Part shown: positions 1-9,661 of the stretch, piece after piece
Layout of the letters: each line of letters opens with the position of its first letter
How positions within the stretch are numbered: the first letter of the stretch is position 1
Source: Candidatus Multivoraceae bacterium
GTDB taxonomy: Bacteria; Acidobacteriota; Thermoanaerobaculia; Multivoradales; Multivoraceae
Reading direction: 5' to 3'
Length of the DNA: 64,000 bases
Assembly: GCA_965219625.1 (NCBI GenBank)
Contig: OZ244782.1
Coordinates: 1,764,964-1,828,963, forward strand
Program-made: the position numbers and the translations under genes
The notes under the pieces: model-generated
Databases searched by the model: none
The model's input: the letters and a program-made list of their open reading frames with translations, nothing else
Told to the model about the DNA's origin: nothing

Positions 1-179
1 GCGTCATCGACCTGGGAAGCGCAGGCCTCGGGAAGTTCGGCCAGCTTCCAGTCCCAGTCGATTGGCGAACGGACATCGAACCCGGCGGCGCCGCCGACCC
101 GCCGGCCCCCGATCAGGTGGCCCGTCGGCACGGAGACGCCCTCGACGTCGATGCGCGCGTTGAAGGCGCCCGCCCTCAC
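1..179 (-). CDS. Aldehyde dehydrogenase, N-terminal part (runs off left edge)
   Basis: Manual translation from GTG at 179, overlapping the FAH stop: MRAGAFNARIDVEGVSVPTGHLIGGRRVGGAAGFDVRSPIDWDWKLAELPEACASQVDD, resembling an ALDH N-terminus. Confidence 0.6.
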   Translation of the reverse strand, partial: MRAGAFNARIDVEGVSVPTGHLIGGRRVGGAAGFDVRSPIDWDWKLAELPEACASQVDD

Positions 180-967
180 AAGCCCGCCGCCTCCTTGGCC
201 GCCGCGAGCTCCGTCTCGTCTTCCGGCACGCAAAGCGCAACGTGCAGCGTGTCGCCTGTCACTCGAGGCTGCTCGCCGACCGGCTGCAAGCGGCGCTCCA
301 GCTCGACGATCGGGTTGCGCAGCGTGCCGATCGGGTCGCATTCGACCTCGACCACATCGCCGGGCTCGACCGGCCGCGAATTCGCCGGCGTACCGGTCAT
401 GATCACGTCGCCGGGTTCGAGAGCGATCAGCCGGCTCAGATCGGCGATCTGGTACGCGAACGAAAACAGGAGGTCGTCTCCGGTCTTCGCTTCCTGCACG
501 ACCTCGCCGTTGACCAGGGTGCGAAGCGTCAGGTCGTTCGGGTCGACGTCGCCGGCATCGACCAGGGCCGGACCCATCGGCCCGAAGCCGTCCTGGCCCT
601 TGACCCGAAGCATCGAGCCGCGGTCGGCGTGCCGGAAGTCGTGGACGCCGAAGTCGTTGACCAGCGTGTAACCACGCACGTACTCGAGCGCCTCGTCGAC
701 GGACACGCCGGACGCCCGCCGGCCGATGACGACCGCGATCTCGCCCTCGTAGTTCAGGAAGCGGCAGCCGCGGGGCCGCGCCACCGGCTGCTCGTGAGCG
801 CTCAGCGAGGACGTCGGCTTCATGAAATAGGAAGGCGCCTCCGGGATCCGGTCCATCCGGTACTCGACGCAGCGGGAGCGATAGCTCAGGTGAACGCCGA
901 TGATCTTCGACGGCGGGTCGATCGGAGGCAGCCAGGCGCCATCGTCGGCGCGGCGCTCGCGTCTCAT
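176..967 (-). CDS. Fumarylacetoacetate hydrolase family protein
   Basis: PSKIIGVHLSY, FMKPTSSL, YEGEIAVVIG, NDFG, KGQDGFGPMGP, GDVIMTGTP; ATG at 967 overlaps upstream stop (ATGA). Confidence 0.9.
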   Translation of the reverse strand: MRRERRADDGAWLPPIDPPSKIIGVHLSYRSRCVEYRMDRIPEAPSYFMKPTSSLSAHEQPVARPRGCRFLNYEGEIAVVIGRRASGVSVDEALEYVRGYTLVNDFGVHDFRHADRGSMLRVKGQDGFGPMGPALVDAGDVDPNDLTLRTLVNGEVVQEAKTGDDLLFSFAYQIADLSRLIALEPGDVIMTGTPANSRPVEPGDVVEVECDPIGTLRNPIVELERRLQPVGEQPRVTGDTLHVALCVPEDETELAAAKEAAGL

Positions 968-1767
968 CGCAGTTGCTCCCGGTCGTGCGGGCCGACGACC
1001 TCCACGCCGGCGACGCTGTACGCGAAGGAGAAGCGGAACCCGCGGTGGACTTCGCGCGGGGCGATCGCCCCGAGGTCCTCCAACGTGTCGCTGCCGAACG
1101 AAAGCTCCGCCGAACCTTCCCATACCTCGGTCGCTTCCCGGTCGTAGCCGCCGGCGCGGACCATCTCGAAGACCGTGGGCTCCAGGCCGGAGGCGGCCGG
1201 AAAGTGCCGCGTGTTGACCATCGGCGGAGCATTCACCGTCGGTCCCGTCTCGCTGATCCCCTCGAGCTCGACGACGGCGCGCGCGATCTGGCGGTCGTTC
1301 GCTGCACAGGTCGCTCCGAAGCGGGCGCCAGGGGCGAGCCGGCAGGCAGCCTTGCCGACCTCGAAGCTGCGGGTCATGTGAATCGAGCCGAGCTTCTTGG
1401 GAAAGCCCTGCACCCAACCGCGGAACATCGCGAAGTCCTTGTCGACCCAGATGTACACGCAGCGCGAGACCGGCTCGCCCCGAAACTCGGCGCCGACGAC
1501 GATGAAGCACTCCTTGTACTGCGACTGGATCGGGTCTTCGAGCTCGTGCAGGTCGTCCGAGCAGGACTGCCAGTCGGCGAAGATGACGCACGCCATGTCC
1601 GGCCGCTCGGCAGGTTCGAGTTCCGTCGGCAACAGGGCGGCGATCGCCTTCGGATCCGTCCTGTACTCGACGATCAGAAAGTCGCAGGAGTAGTGCCAGG
1701 GCGGCGCCGGCACGAGACCGCCGCGACCGCTGGCCGAGAGAGGGCCGCTGTAGCCCCTGAGTGGCAT
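964..1767 (-). CDS. Acetoacetate decarboxylase-like (ADC superfamily) protein
   Basis: PAPPWHY, QYKECFIVV, IWVDKDFAMFRGWVQGFPKKLG with Schiff-base Lys motif. Confidence 0.85.
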   Translation of the reverse strand: MPLRGYSGPLSASGRGGLVPAPPWHYSCDFLIVEYRTDPKAIAALLPTELEPAERPDMACVIFADWQSCSDDLHELEDPIQSQYKECFIVVGAEFRGEPVSRCVYIWVDKDFAMFRGWVQGFPKKLGSIHMTRSFEVGKAACRLAPGARFGATCAANDRQIARAVVELEGISETGPTVNAPPMVNTRHFPAASGLEPTVFEMVRAGGYDREATEVWEGSAELSFGSDTLEDLGAIAPREVHRGFRFSFAYSVAGVEVVGPHDREQLR

Positions 1768-1782
1768 ATTGGCTCCAAATCC

Positions 1783-2577
1783 TCAGGTCGTTGATCGATC
1801 GGATGAACAGAAATCGACAAGCGCGCGAAAGAGCGGCCCTCCGTCCTCCGGCGCCGTGACTTCGGGGTGCCACTGAACGCCGAGGCAGAACGGCAGCCGG
1901 GGATCCTCCAGCGCCTCGATCACGCCGTCCGGCGCGGTGGCAGCCACCCGCAGGCCGTCGCCAAGCCGACCGGCGCCCTGGTGATGATGGGAAGCGATCT
2001 GGAGGTCACCCTCTCCCAAGCCCGTCCGCACCGCCAAAGCCAGTTTCGTCCCCGCCTCGATGGTCACCCGGTGCCTCGTGAACTCGCCCAGCACGTCGCG
2101 GTGCGGCTTCATGTCGAGCCGGTCGCCCAGGTGCTGTTCCAGGTCGCCGCCGTAGAGGATGTTCAGGAGCTGGAAGCCCCGGCATATCCCCAGGATGGGC
2201 ATCCGGCGGTCGAGCGCGGCCCGGCCGAGCGCCAGCTCGACCCGGTAGCGCACCTCGTTGTGCTCGTCGTTCTCGGGGTGCGGTTCCGCCCCGTAGATTC
2301 GCGCATCGAAGTCCTTGCCGCCCATGAAGACAATGCCGTCGAGGCCGTCGAGGGCCGCACCGGGTTCCTCGTCGTAGGGCTCCACGCTCGGGATGATGAC
2401 CGGCGCGCCGCCGGCGGCGGCGATCGCCGAGACGTAGTCGTGCGGCACCATCGAGACGACCTCGTTCCACGGCCCGACGATCGCGTCCCGTACGTCGCCG
2501 ACGATGCCGATCCTCGGCCTCACGCCGCAGCCTGCTCTCCGCGGGTCCTGCGAGTTGTCCAGGGCGCCTCCGCTCAT
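1783..2577 (-). CDS. Gamma-glutamyl-gamma-aminobutyrate hydrolase family (peptidase C26, PuuD-like)
   Basis: RPRIGI, GGKD, PILGICRGFQLLN (catalytic Cys), SHHHQ, GVQWHPE; ATG at 2577 overlaps P450 stop. Confidence 0.9.
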   Translation of the reverse strand: MSGGALDNSQDPRRAGCGVRPRIGIVGDVRDAIVGPWNEVVSMVPHDYVSAIAAAGGAPVIIPSVEPYDEEPGAALDGLDGIVFMGGKDFDARIYGAEPHPENDEHNEVRYRVELALGRAALDRRMPILGICRGFQLLNILYGGDLEQHLGDRLDMKPHRDVLGEFTRHRVTIEAGTKLALAVRTGLGEGDLQIASHHHQGAGRLGDGLRVAATAPDGVIEALEDPRLPFCLGVQWHPEVTAPEDGGPLFRALVDFCSSDRSTT

Positions 2578-3824
2578 CGGTAGCGAACGCTCATGTGTTT
2601 GACGCCGTTGAAGAAGTTCGAGCGCAGGCGCTCCGGCTCGGAGACCAGCTCGAGGCGGTCGAGATGAGGCCGCAGCTCTTCCAGGGCGATCCGGATCTCG
2701 AGCCGCGCCAGGTAGGCCCCGAGGCAGAAGTGCGGGCCGATGCCGAACGCCAGATGGCGGTTCGGGTTGCGGCCAACGTCGAAGCGGTAGGGATCCTCGA
2801 ACACGTCCTCGTCCCGGTTCGCGCTCGAATACCACATCGCGACCTTGTCGCCCGCACGGATGACCTCGCCCCGCAGCTCGACATCCTCGGTCGCCGTACG
2901 CCGGAAGTAGTGAACCGCCGTCACCATCCGCAGCACCTCGTCGGCGGCGGTGGCCGCGAGTGCTTCATCGCCCGCGACGACGCGCTCCGCCTGTTCGGGG
3001 TGGCGCAGCAGCTCGAACAGGCCGCCCGCCAGCGAGTGCCGCGTCGTCTCGTTCCCCGCCGCCGCCAGCAGCAGGAAGTAGAGATCGAACTCGCGCGGGG
3101 TGAGCGGTTCGCCGTCGACCTCGGCGAACACCAGGTCCGTCACGATGTCGTCGCGCGGTTCGGCGCGGCGCGCGGACGCCAGCTTCCGCCCGTACTCGAA
3201 CATCTCAAGCGACGCCGGGCTCGAGAACGGCAGGTGCTTGAAGCGCTCCCGCTCCGTTTCGTAGTCGTCGACGTACTCCGGATCCGTCGCGCCGAGGATG
3301 CGGTTGCCGATGTCGACGATGAGCCGCCGGTCTTCCTGGGGCGCGCCGAGCATCTCGGCGAACACCCGCATCGGCAGCTCGACCGCCACATCGTCGACGA
3401 AGTCGAAGTTCCCGCGGGAGACCGCAGCCTCCAGGATGCCTCGGAACAGGCGCCGGATGTGGTCCGAGAAGGCGGTGAGAGCGCGCGGCAGGAAGCGCTT
3501 GCTGATCAGGGAGCGCAGCTTGTAGTGGCGCGGCGGATCCATGTCGATCATCGACTTGCGCGCCTCGACGTGTTCCGGCTCGAGGTCCTCGAGCGAGGTG
3601 CCGCCCACCTCGGAAGAGAAGCGCTTCGGGTCCTTCGAGACGCGGACGACGTCCTCATGCCGCGTGATCGACCAGAAGCCCGGCCCCTTCGGCTCCGACT
3701 GCCAGTACACCGGCGCCTCCTCCCGCAGCCGGGCGAACCACTCGTGCGGCACGCCGAGGGCAAACCGGTCCAGGTCGCAGAGATCGACCTCGGCCGCCAA
3801 GGAAGCTCCGGCTGTATTCGCCAA
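2574..3824 (-). CDS. Cytochrome P450
   Basis: MDPPRH, I-helix AGNETT, K-helix EVLR, heme motif HLAFGIGPHFCLG. Confidence 0.95.
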   Translation of the reverse strand: MANTAGASLAAEVDLCDLDRFALGVPHEWFARLREEAPVYWQSEPKGPGFWSITRHEDVVRVSKDPKRFSSEVGGTSLEDLEPEHVEARKSMIDMDPPRHYKLRSLISKRFLPRALTAFSDHIRRLFRGILEAAVSRGNFDFVDDVAVELPMRVFAEMLGAPQEDRRLIVDIGNRILGATDPEYVDDYETERERFKHLPFSSPASLEMFEYGRKLASARRAEPRDDIVTDLVFAEVDGEPLTPREFDLYFLLLAAAGNETTRHSLAGGLFELLRHPEQAERVVAGDEALAATAADEVLRMVTAVHYFRRTATEDVELRGEVIRAGDKVAMWYSSANRDEDVFEDPYRFDVGRNPNRHLAFGIGPHFCLGAYLARLEIRIALEELRPHLDRLELVSEPERLRSNFFNGVKHMSVRYR

Positions 3825-3837
3825 GGGTCCGAAGCCC

Positions 3838-5163
3838 CTACAGTTGAATCCGGTACTCGTTGCGCTCCCAGTCGGTCACCCAGCCGTGGTAACGCTCGAG
3901 TTCGAAGCGCTTGAGAGTCAGGAAGGCGCCGACGATCTCGCGGCCGACGCCATCGCACAACAGGTCGTCTGCCTCCAGCGCGTCGAGGGCCTGGTCGAGG
4001 CAACTCGGCAGCGGCGCCAGACCCTCGTGCCGGTAGGCGTCGCCCGCGGTCGGTTCGGGCGCCTCGAGTGCCCGGCGCACGCCGTCGAGGCCGGCCTGAA
4101 GCAGGGCGGCAATCGCCAGGTGGCAGTTCGCCGCGCCGTCGCCGACACGGATTTCCAGACGCGCGGCCTTGCCGCGTTCCGGCGGCACGCGGACGAAGGT
4201 CGTCCGGTTGTCGAGCCCCCAGGACACGTTGATCGGCGCCAGGGAATCCGGCGCGATGCGCTTGAACGCGTTGACTGTCGGATTGAGAAAGGCCATCAGC
4301 GCACCGGCATGAGCCAGAACCCCCGCGATGAAGGAACGCGCGGCCGCGCTCAGACCGTCCGGCCCGGCCGGATCCCCGATCCGGTTCGTGCCCTCGCAGT
4401 CCTGAAGGGACAGATGGAGGTGGAGCCCCGAGCCGCCCTGGTCGTTGAATGGCCGGCCCATGAAGGTGGCCCGCATCTCGTCGAGCACGGCCATCTCCTT
4501 GACGGTCGCCTTCAGGCGGAAGGCGCGGTCGGCGGCGTCGAGGGCGGGGCCGTGCCGGAGGTTGATCTCGTACTGGGAGTTCATGAACTCGTGGTTCGCA
4601 GCGTAAGCGCCAAGGCCGAGTTCGGCGCATGCGTGGAGAATGCGGCCCAGGGCGCCGCCGGGGTCGCTCTCGGCGCCCACGGTGTAGACGCGCGACAGCG
4701 TATCGACGTAGCGGACGGCGCCCTCTGGGGCTTGATCGTCCGGCTTGAACAGGAAGAACTCGAGTTCTGGACCGACGATCGGGTCGAGCCCGAGTTCGGC
4801 CAGGCCCTCCGCCGCCCGCCGTACGGCGCCCCGCGGGTCGAGCGGATGCGGCTTGCCCTCCTCATCGACCAGGTCGACCAGGCAGGCGGCCACATCCGGC
4901 GCCCAGGGCAGTGCCGCCACGGTCGAGAGATCCGGACGCGCGAAGAAGTCCGGGTAACCGATCTCGCCGCCCAGGACCGGCGTATGCGCCAGATCCGTCG
5001 TCATGATCGCCGAACAGAAGGCGACTCCGGCCTCCAGCTCGTGGCCGCAGTCGGCAAGAACGAGATCCTTGCCCCGGGCGATCCCGTGGAGATCGGGGTA
5101 GATGACCCGGAGCGTCCTGACGCCCTGCTCGCCGAGTCGCTCGGTCTGCTCCGTGACGTTCAC
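3838..5163 (-). CDS. Glutamine synthetase-like gamma-glutamyl ligase (PuuA/IpuC-like)
   Basis: PDLHGIARGK, GPELEFFL, HEFMNSQYEINL, GSGLHLHLSL, WGLDNRTTFVRVP, RLEIRVGD; GTG start at 5163. Confidence 0.9.
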   Translation of the reverse strand: MNVTEQTERLGEQGVRTLRVIYPDLHGIARGKDLVLADCGHELEAGVAFCSAIMTTDLAHTPVLGGEIGYPDFFARPDLSTVAALPWAPDVAACLVDLVDEEGKPHPLDPRGAVRRAAEGLAELGLDPIVGPELEFFLFKPDDQAPEGAVRYVDTLSRVYTVGAESDPGGALGRILHACAELGLGAYAANHEFMNSQYEINLRHGPALDAADRAFRLKATVKEMAVLDEMRATFMGRPFNDQGGSGLHLHLSLQDCEGTNRIGDPAGPDGLSAAARSFIAGVLAHAGALMAFLNPTVNAFKRIAPDSLAPINVSWGLDNRTTFVRVPPERGKAARLEIRVGDGAANCHLAIAALLQAGLDGVRRALEAPEPTAGDAYRHEGLAPLPSCLDQALDALEADDLLCDGVGREIVGAFLTLKRFELERYHGWVTDWERNEYRIQL

Positions 5164-5164
5164 G

Positions 5165-6610
5165 TCATTCCCCGTCCGCTGATTCTTCGATGAAGTGACC
5201 GAGACGCTCGTAGGCAGTCGCGTCGCGCTTGCGGATGGCGGCCGCCCAGACCATGCCGGCGGCGAAGAAGAACGGCACGGCAAGCCACAACAGACCGACG
5301 AGACCCGTGCCCGCCCCGGTCAGTGCATCCCAGTTGACGACGACGAACACGATCGCCGCCGCCAGGCCGAGCGCGCCCAGCCCTGGCGCCACCGTGGTCT
5401 GCCAGATCCGCGCATCGAGACCCGTCCGGCGGAAGAACGCGATGACGGCGAGCGAGGTCAGGCACTGGAGGCCGATGATCCCGAGCGCCGCGATGCCGCT
5501 CAGCCAAGCGAACAAGTCGGCATACGGATCGAGTCCGGCGACCACGAACACGAGGGTGATGACGAAGGCGACCTCCGCCTGCAGGAGTCCGGCGAGGTGC
5601 GGCGAACCGTAGCGCGGGTGTGTGCGGGCGATCTGCCGCGGCAGCAGTCCCTCGCGAGCCATCGCGTAGAAGTACCGCGCGGCCGCATTGTGGAACGCAA
5701 GCAGGGCGGCGAAGATGGAAGTGAGGATGAGCCACTCCATCAGGCTGGCCGACAAGGGGTGGACATAACGGGCAGTTGCGTCCAGGAACAGACCGTCGGG
5801 ATTCTCCGACGCCGCAGCGACGGCACGGTCCTCTCCGTAGGCCTGAACGATCGACCAGGAGGTCAGGGCGTAGAAGACGGTGATCATCGCCACCGCGAGG
5901 TACGTCGCCCGCGGCACGGTGCGCTTCGGATCCCGCGTCTCTTCGCCGTAGATCGCGGTCGCCTCGAAACCGACGAACGTGGCGAAGGCGAAGACGAAGG
6001 TCACTCCCGGCGCCCCCGAGAAGATCTCGGCGGGGTGGAACGAGTTGACCTGAAGACCGCTCGCGCCGCCGGCGAACAGGACGGCTACGTCCAATACGAG
6101 GAGAATGAGGACCTCGAGGATCAACAAGACGCCCAGGACCTTGGCCGAGAGCTCGATCCCGAAGTAACCGAGCGCCGCGGTGATCGCCATCAGGACGAAC
6201 GACCACCAGTACCACGCAACGTCGACGCCCAGCTTCGGATTCAGGATGTTCACCGAGAAGAAGCCGAACAGCCCCCAGAGCGCGCATTGGATCGTGTTGT
6301 AGGAGAGCACGGCAACCAGCGCCCCGCCCAGGCCCGCCGGCCGGCCGAGGCCGCGCGCGATATAGGCGTAGAACGCGCCGGCGTTCGTCACGAACCGGCT
6401 CATCGTCGCGTAGCCGACCGCGAACAGCGTGAGCACCACGCCGGTCAACACCCAGGCGCCGGGGGCTCCAATGCCGTTGCCAATCGACAGCGGCGGCGGC
6501 ACCGCGCCCATCATCGACGTGAGCGGCGCCGCCGAACCGACGACCAGGAACACGATGCCCCAGAGGCCGAGGGCGCCTGAGCGGAGAGACCGGGTTGCAT
6601 CCCCGTTCAT
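5165..6610 (-). CDS. APC family amino acid/amine permease
   Basis: Many TM segments, SAAPLT, NAGAFYAYIARGLG, FVGFEATAIYGEETRDPKRTVPRA. Confidence 0.9.
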   Translation of the reverse strand: MNGDATRSLRSGALGLWGIVFLVVGSAAPLTSMMGAVPPPLSIGNGIGAPGAWVLTGVVLTLFAVGYATMSRFVTNAGAFYAYIARGLGRPAGLGGALVAVLSYNTIQCALWGLFGFFSVNILNPKLGVDVAWYWWSFVLMAITAALGYFGIELSAKVLGVLLILEVLILLVLDVAVLFAGGASGLQVNSFHPAEIFSGAPGVTFVFAFATFVGFEATAIYGEETRDPKRTVPRATYLAVAMITVFYALTSWSIVQAYGEDRAVAAASENPDGLFLDATARYVHPLSASLMEWLILTSIFAALLAFHNAAARYFYAMAREGLLPRQIARTHPRYGSPHLAGLLQAEVAFVITLVFVVAGLDPYADLFAWLSGIAALGIIGLQCLTSLAVIAFFRRTGLDARIWQTTVAPGLGALGLAAAIVFVVVNWDALTGAGTGLVGLLWLAVPFFFAAGMVWAAAIRKRDATAYERLGHFIEESADGE

Positions 6611-8103
6611 TGCCGCCCTCCGATTCCGAGTTCCCGAAGGCGCGCCTCGTCTTCCGCATACTCGCGCTGGAGCGCCTCGAGCTCGGCGTCGATCGCCTGC
6701 TTCGACCACCACTTGTCCCGGAACATCAGGCCGTGGATCCTACGCGTGGCGCCGATGTCCTCAAGGGGACTCGCGTCCAGGAGGAGTACGTCGCCCCGCG
6801 CACCCACCGCAAGCACGCCGAACTCTCCCTCCCGGCCCATGTAGCGGGCGGCCTCCGACGTTGCGGCTTCCAGAACCTGGTACGGCGTCAGCCCAGCCTC
6901 GACGAAGAGACCCATCTCGCGGTGCACGGTGTAGCCGATCGCCGAGACGTCCGTGCCGACGAGGAGCGGCGCTCCAGCGTCGTGAAGCGCCTTGACCAGG
7001 CCCAGCCGCGCCGAACGCGTGCCGGTGATTCCGGCTCGCTCCCGCGGTCCGTAGAGCGTGTAGAGCCACTCGATTCCGCCGGGCGTCGTCGGGTGCTCGT
7101 ACTTGCCGACCTCGCCTCCGTCCCGCTCCGGACGGTCGAACTCGGTCACCGTGTTGTCCCAGAGGGCAAGCGTCGGCACGTTCCAGACGTCGTATCTCGC
7201 GGTCAGCGCCGCCAGCTCCGCCACCTTTTCGGGCGAGCACCAGGCCCAGCCCTGGTAGATATCCTGGGCGACTGGCCTCATCGAGACGCGCGGCGCCGCG
7301 CAGGCGACGTCGTAGCCGGTCAGGTGCTCGATCGAGCGCAGGCCCTTCTCGAGCGCGTGCTCGAGCGGCACGAGGACAGGTACGTGGGCCGCGACGGTCA
7401 GGCCGGTCTCCGCGGCGGCGGTCATCACGGCGTCGAACACCTCGGGGCTGAGCGCCGTGTACACCTTCGCCAGGTCATAGCCTTCCGCCGCGCTCCGGCG
7501 AATGAACTCGGCTGCTTCCTCGGGCGCCGTGAACGTCCGCGGCAACGGAAAGAGCGGCGGGTCGCCGTCCATCAACGGCGACGAGACGAAGACGCGCGGC
7601 CCGAACAGGTCGCCGCGTTCGATCGCATCGCGCATCTCCAGGACCTGCGGCCCGCCAGACGGGTCCCTCGTCGTCGCGATGCCGAACATGACGTATTGCC
7701 TCAGATTCTGGTCGCGCATGCGGATGCGCGAGGCGTCCGTGCCGTCCCAGGCGAAACCGCCGAAGTGGTTGTGCATGTCGGCGAGCGCCGGGATGACGAA
7801 CTTCCCCGCTCCGTCGATGACCCGGGCGCCTGACGGCGTACAGCCCGCACTGCTGGGGCAGATGTCGGCGATCCGTTCGTTCCGAACGACCAGGGTATGC
7901 GCTTCGAGCACGAACGGCGTTCGGGAGGTCATCGGAATGAGCGTCGCGCGCTCGATCGAGATGACCTCGGCTGGGGAAGAAGACTGAGCAAGCGCAACGC
8001 CGCCGTGAAGTGACGCGAGAATGCCGACAAGGAGTGTTGCCACCCTCCGGCAAGGATCCTGACGCGGGCCGGACGGACAGCCCGCCGCCACGCGACTCAT
8101 CAC
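6607..8103 (-). CDS. Exported amidohydrolase family protein
   Basis: Signal-like N-terminus, GKFVIPALADMHNH, SIEH, GTD, GARGDVLLLDASPLEDI; start uncertain. Confidence 0.85.
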   Translation of the reverse strand: MMSRVAAGCPSGPRQDPCRRVATLLVGILASLHGGVALAQSSSPAEVISIERATLIPMTSRTPFVLEAHTLVVRNERIADICPSSAGCTPSGARVIDGAGKFVIPALADMHNHFGGFAWDGTDASRIRMRDQNLRQYVMFGIATTRDPSGGPQVLEMRDAIERGDLFGPRVFVSSPLMDGDPPLFPLPRTFTAPEEAAEFIRRSAAEGYDLAKVYTALSPEVFDAVMTAAAETGLTVAAHVPVLVPLEHALEKGLRSIEHLTGYDVACAAPRVSMRPVAQDIYQGWAWCSPEKVAELAALTARYDVWNVPTLALWDNTVTEFDRPERDGGEVGKYEHPTTPGGIEWLYTLYGPRERAGITGTRSARLGLVKALHDAGAPLLVGTDVSAIGYTVHREMGLFVEAGLTPYQVLEAATSEAARYMGREGEFGVLAVGARGDVLLLDASPLEDIGATRRIHGLMFRDKWWSKQAIDAELEALQREYAEDEARLRELGIGGRQ

Positions 8104-8110
8104 GGCGAGC

Positions 8111-9556
8111 TCACTCCGCCGTCGTCAGGCGGACCAACGCGCCCGGGTTGTTCAAGAGAAGGTAGACCGCCCCGTCGGGGCCGGTCTTCACATCGCGGAT
8201 CCGGCCGTGGCCCTTGAACAGGAGCTCCTGGTGGGTGACCCGGCCGTCGTTGATCTCCAGACGCCGGAGTTCCTCGAAGGACAGGGACCCGACGAGCAGG
8301 TCCCCCCGCCATCGCTCGAACGCAGGACTCGTCACGAACTCGACCGGCCCCACGGCGAGCGCGGGGGTCCATTCGACAACGGGCGGCTCGATGCCCTTGG
8401 CGTGCGTCCGCTCGCTGATCGTCGAGCCGTCGTAGTTCACCCCGAAGGTGACGAGCGGCCAGCCGTAGTTCCGGCCCGCCACCAAGACGTTCAGTTCGTC
8501 GCCTCCGCGCGGGCCGTGTTCGGAGGCCCAGATCTCGCCGGTCTCCGGGTGCTGCGCCATGCCCTGGACGTTCCGGTTGCCGAGCGTGAACACCGAGCCG
8601 AGAGCCTCCTGGCTGCCGGCGAAGGGGTTGTCCTCCGGGATGCCGCCATCGGAGCGAACGCGAAACACCTTGCCGGAGGGCATGGCTGGGTCCTGCGAGT
8701 TGTTCGCCGCGCTCATGTCGCCGATCGAGAAGTAGAAGAAACCGTCGCGGTCGAAGAGCACCCGGCCGCCCCAGTGCTTGCTGTCGGGCAGGTGGTACGA
8801 GGGACCGAGCCGAAACAGGTACTCCGTATCTCGCCACCGATAGCCCTCGACCCGGCCGCGGATGATCTGCGTCAGCCCGCGGGCGTAGCGGTCGTTCGGG
8901 TCCTCCGAGTGGCTGATCGCCGCGTAGACCCAACCGTTCGCCGCATGGTCCGGGTCGAGCGCGATGTCCATCAGACCGCCCGTCGACGTCGCAAGATCGA
9001 CCGGAGGCAACCCGGTAATCCGCTCCGGGTCGACCTTCCCATTCCGAAGCCAGAGCAGGTAGCCCGCGTCCTCCGAGATCAGCGCCTCCGTACGCCCCGT
9101 GAACTCGATGCCCCATGGGTTCTCCAACTCGTCGGCGGCCAGGTACTCGACCCGCAGGGTGTAGTGCTCCGTCTCGACCGTCGGCGGCAACGGCCTGGCG
9201 ATCCACACTTCCTCCGTCTGGACGCTGTAGATCAGCTCGACCAGCGCCGCCATCTCCTCGTCCGAGAGTTCGTCCAGGTATCCCGGCATGTCCGTCCCGG
9301 GTATGCCGTGGCGGATGTTGCTCTCGACCGAGAACCCGTCCCGGCCGAACCGCCAGTCCAACTTGATCAGCGGCTCCGCGAGGCCGCCTTCGAGGGACTG
9401 CCCGTGGCAGCCGCCGCAGTGGAGACGGTAGAGGGCGCGCGCGTCCGGCTCGGCGGCCGCGACGTGGGCGTCGGCGAGCAGGACGGAAACCAGCAGGAGG
9501 CAGAAGCCAGCTGGACTTCCAACAGCCCGCAGGATCCGTTGCGGGTTCTGGACCAT
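8111..9556 (-). CDS. PQQ-dependent sugar dehydrogenase (YliI/sGDH family) with N-terminal cytochrome c domain
   Basis: Signal peptide, CGGCH heme motif with distal MPGY, GNRNVQG, EHGPRGGDELN, GRNYGWP, RIRDVKTGPDG. Confidence 0.88.
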   Translation of the reverse strand: MVQNPQRILRAVGSPAGFCLLLVSVLLADAHVAAAEPDARALYRLHCGGCHGQSLEGGLAEPLIKLDWRFGRDGFSVESNIRHGIPGTDMPGYLDELSDEEMAALVELIYSVQTEEVWIARPLPPTVETEHYTLRVEYLAADELENPWGIEFTGRTEALISEDAGYLLWLRNGKVDPERITGLPPVDLATSTGGLMDIALDPDHAANGWVYAAISHSEDPNDRYARGLTQIIRGRVEGYRWRDTEYLFRLGPSYHLPDSKHWGGRVLFDRDGFFYFSIGDMSAANNSQDPAMPSGKVFRVRSDGGIPEDNPFAGSQEALGSVFTLGNRNVQGMAQHPETGEIWASEHGPRGGDELNVLVAGRNYGWPLVTFGVNYDGSTISERTHAKGIEPPVVEWTPALAVGPVEFVTSPAFERWRGDLLVGSLSFEELRRLEINDGRVTHQELLFKGHGRIRDVKTGPDGAVYLLLNNPGALVRLTTAE

Positions 9557-9661
9557 CGTCAGAAGACAAGCGATACCGGCGAACTCTACGCTATCGGCGT
9601 CGCCCGCATCGCCGACAACCGGGACAGCCGGGCGTCGGGCGACCGGCTCCCCTGCCGACCC

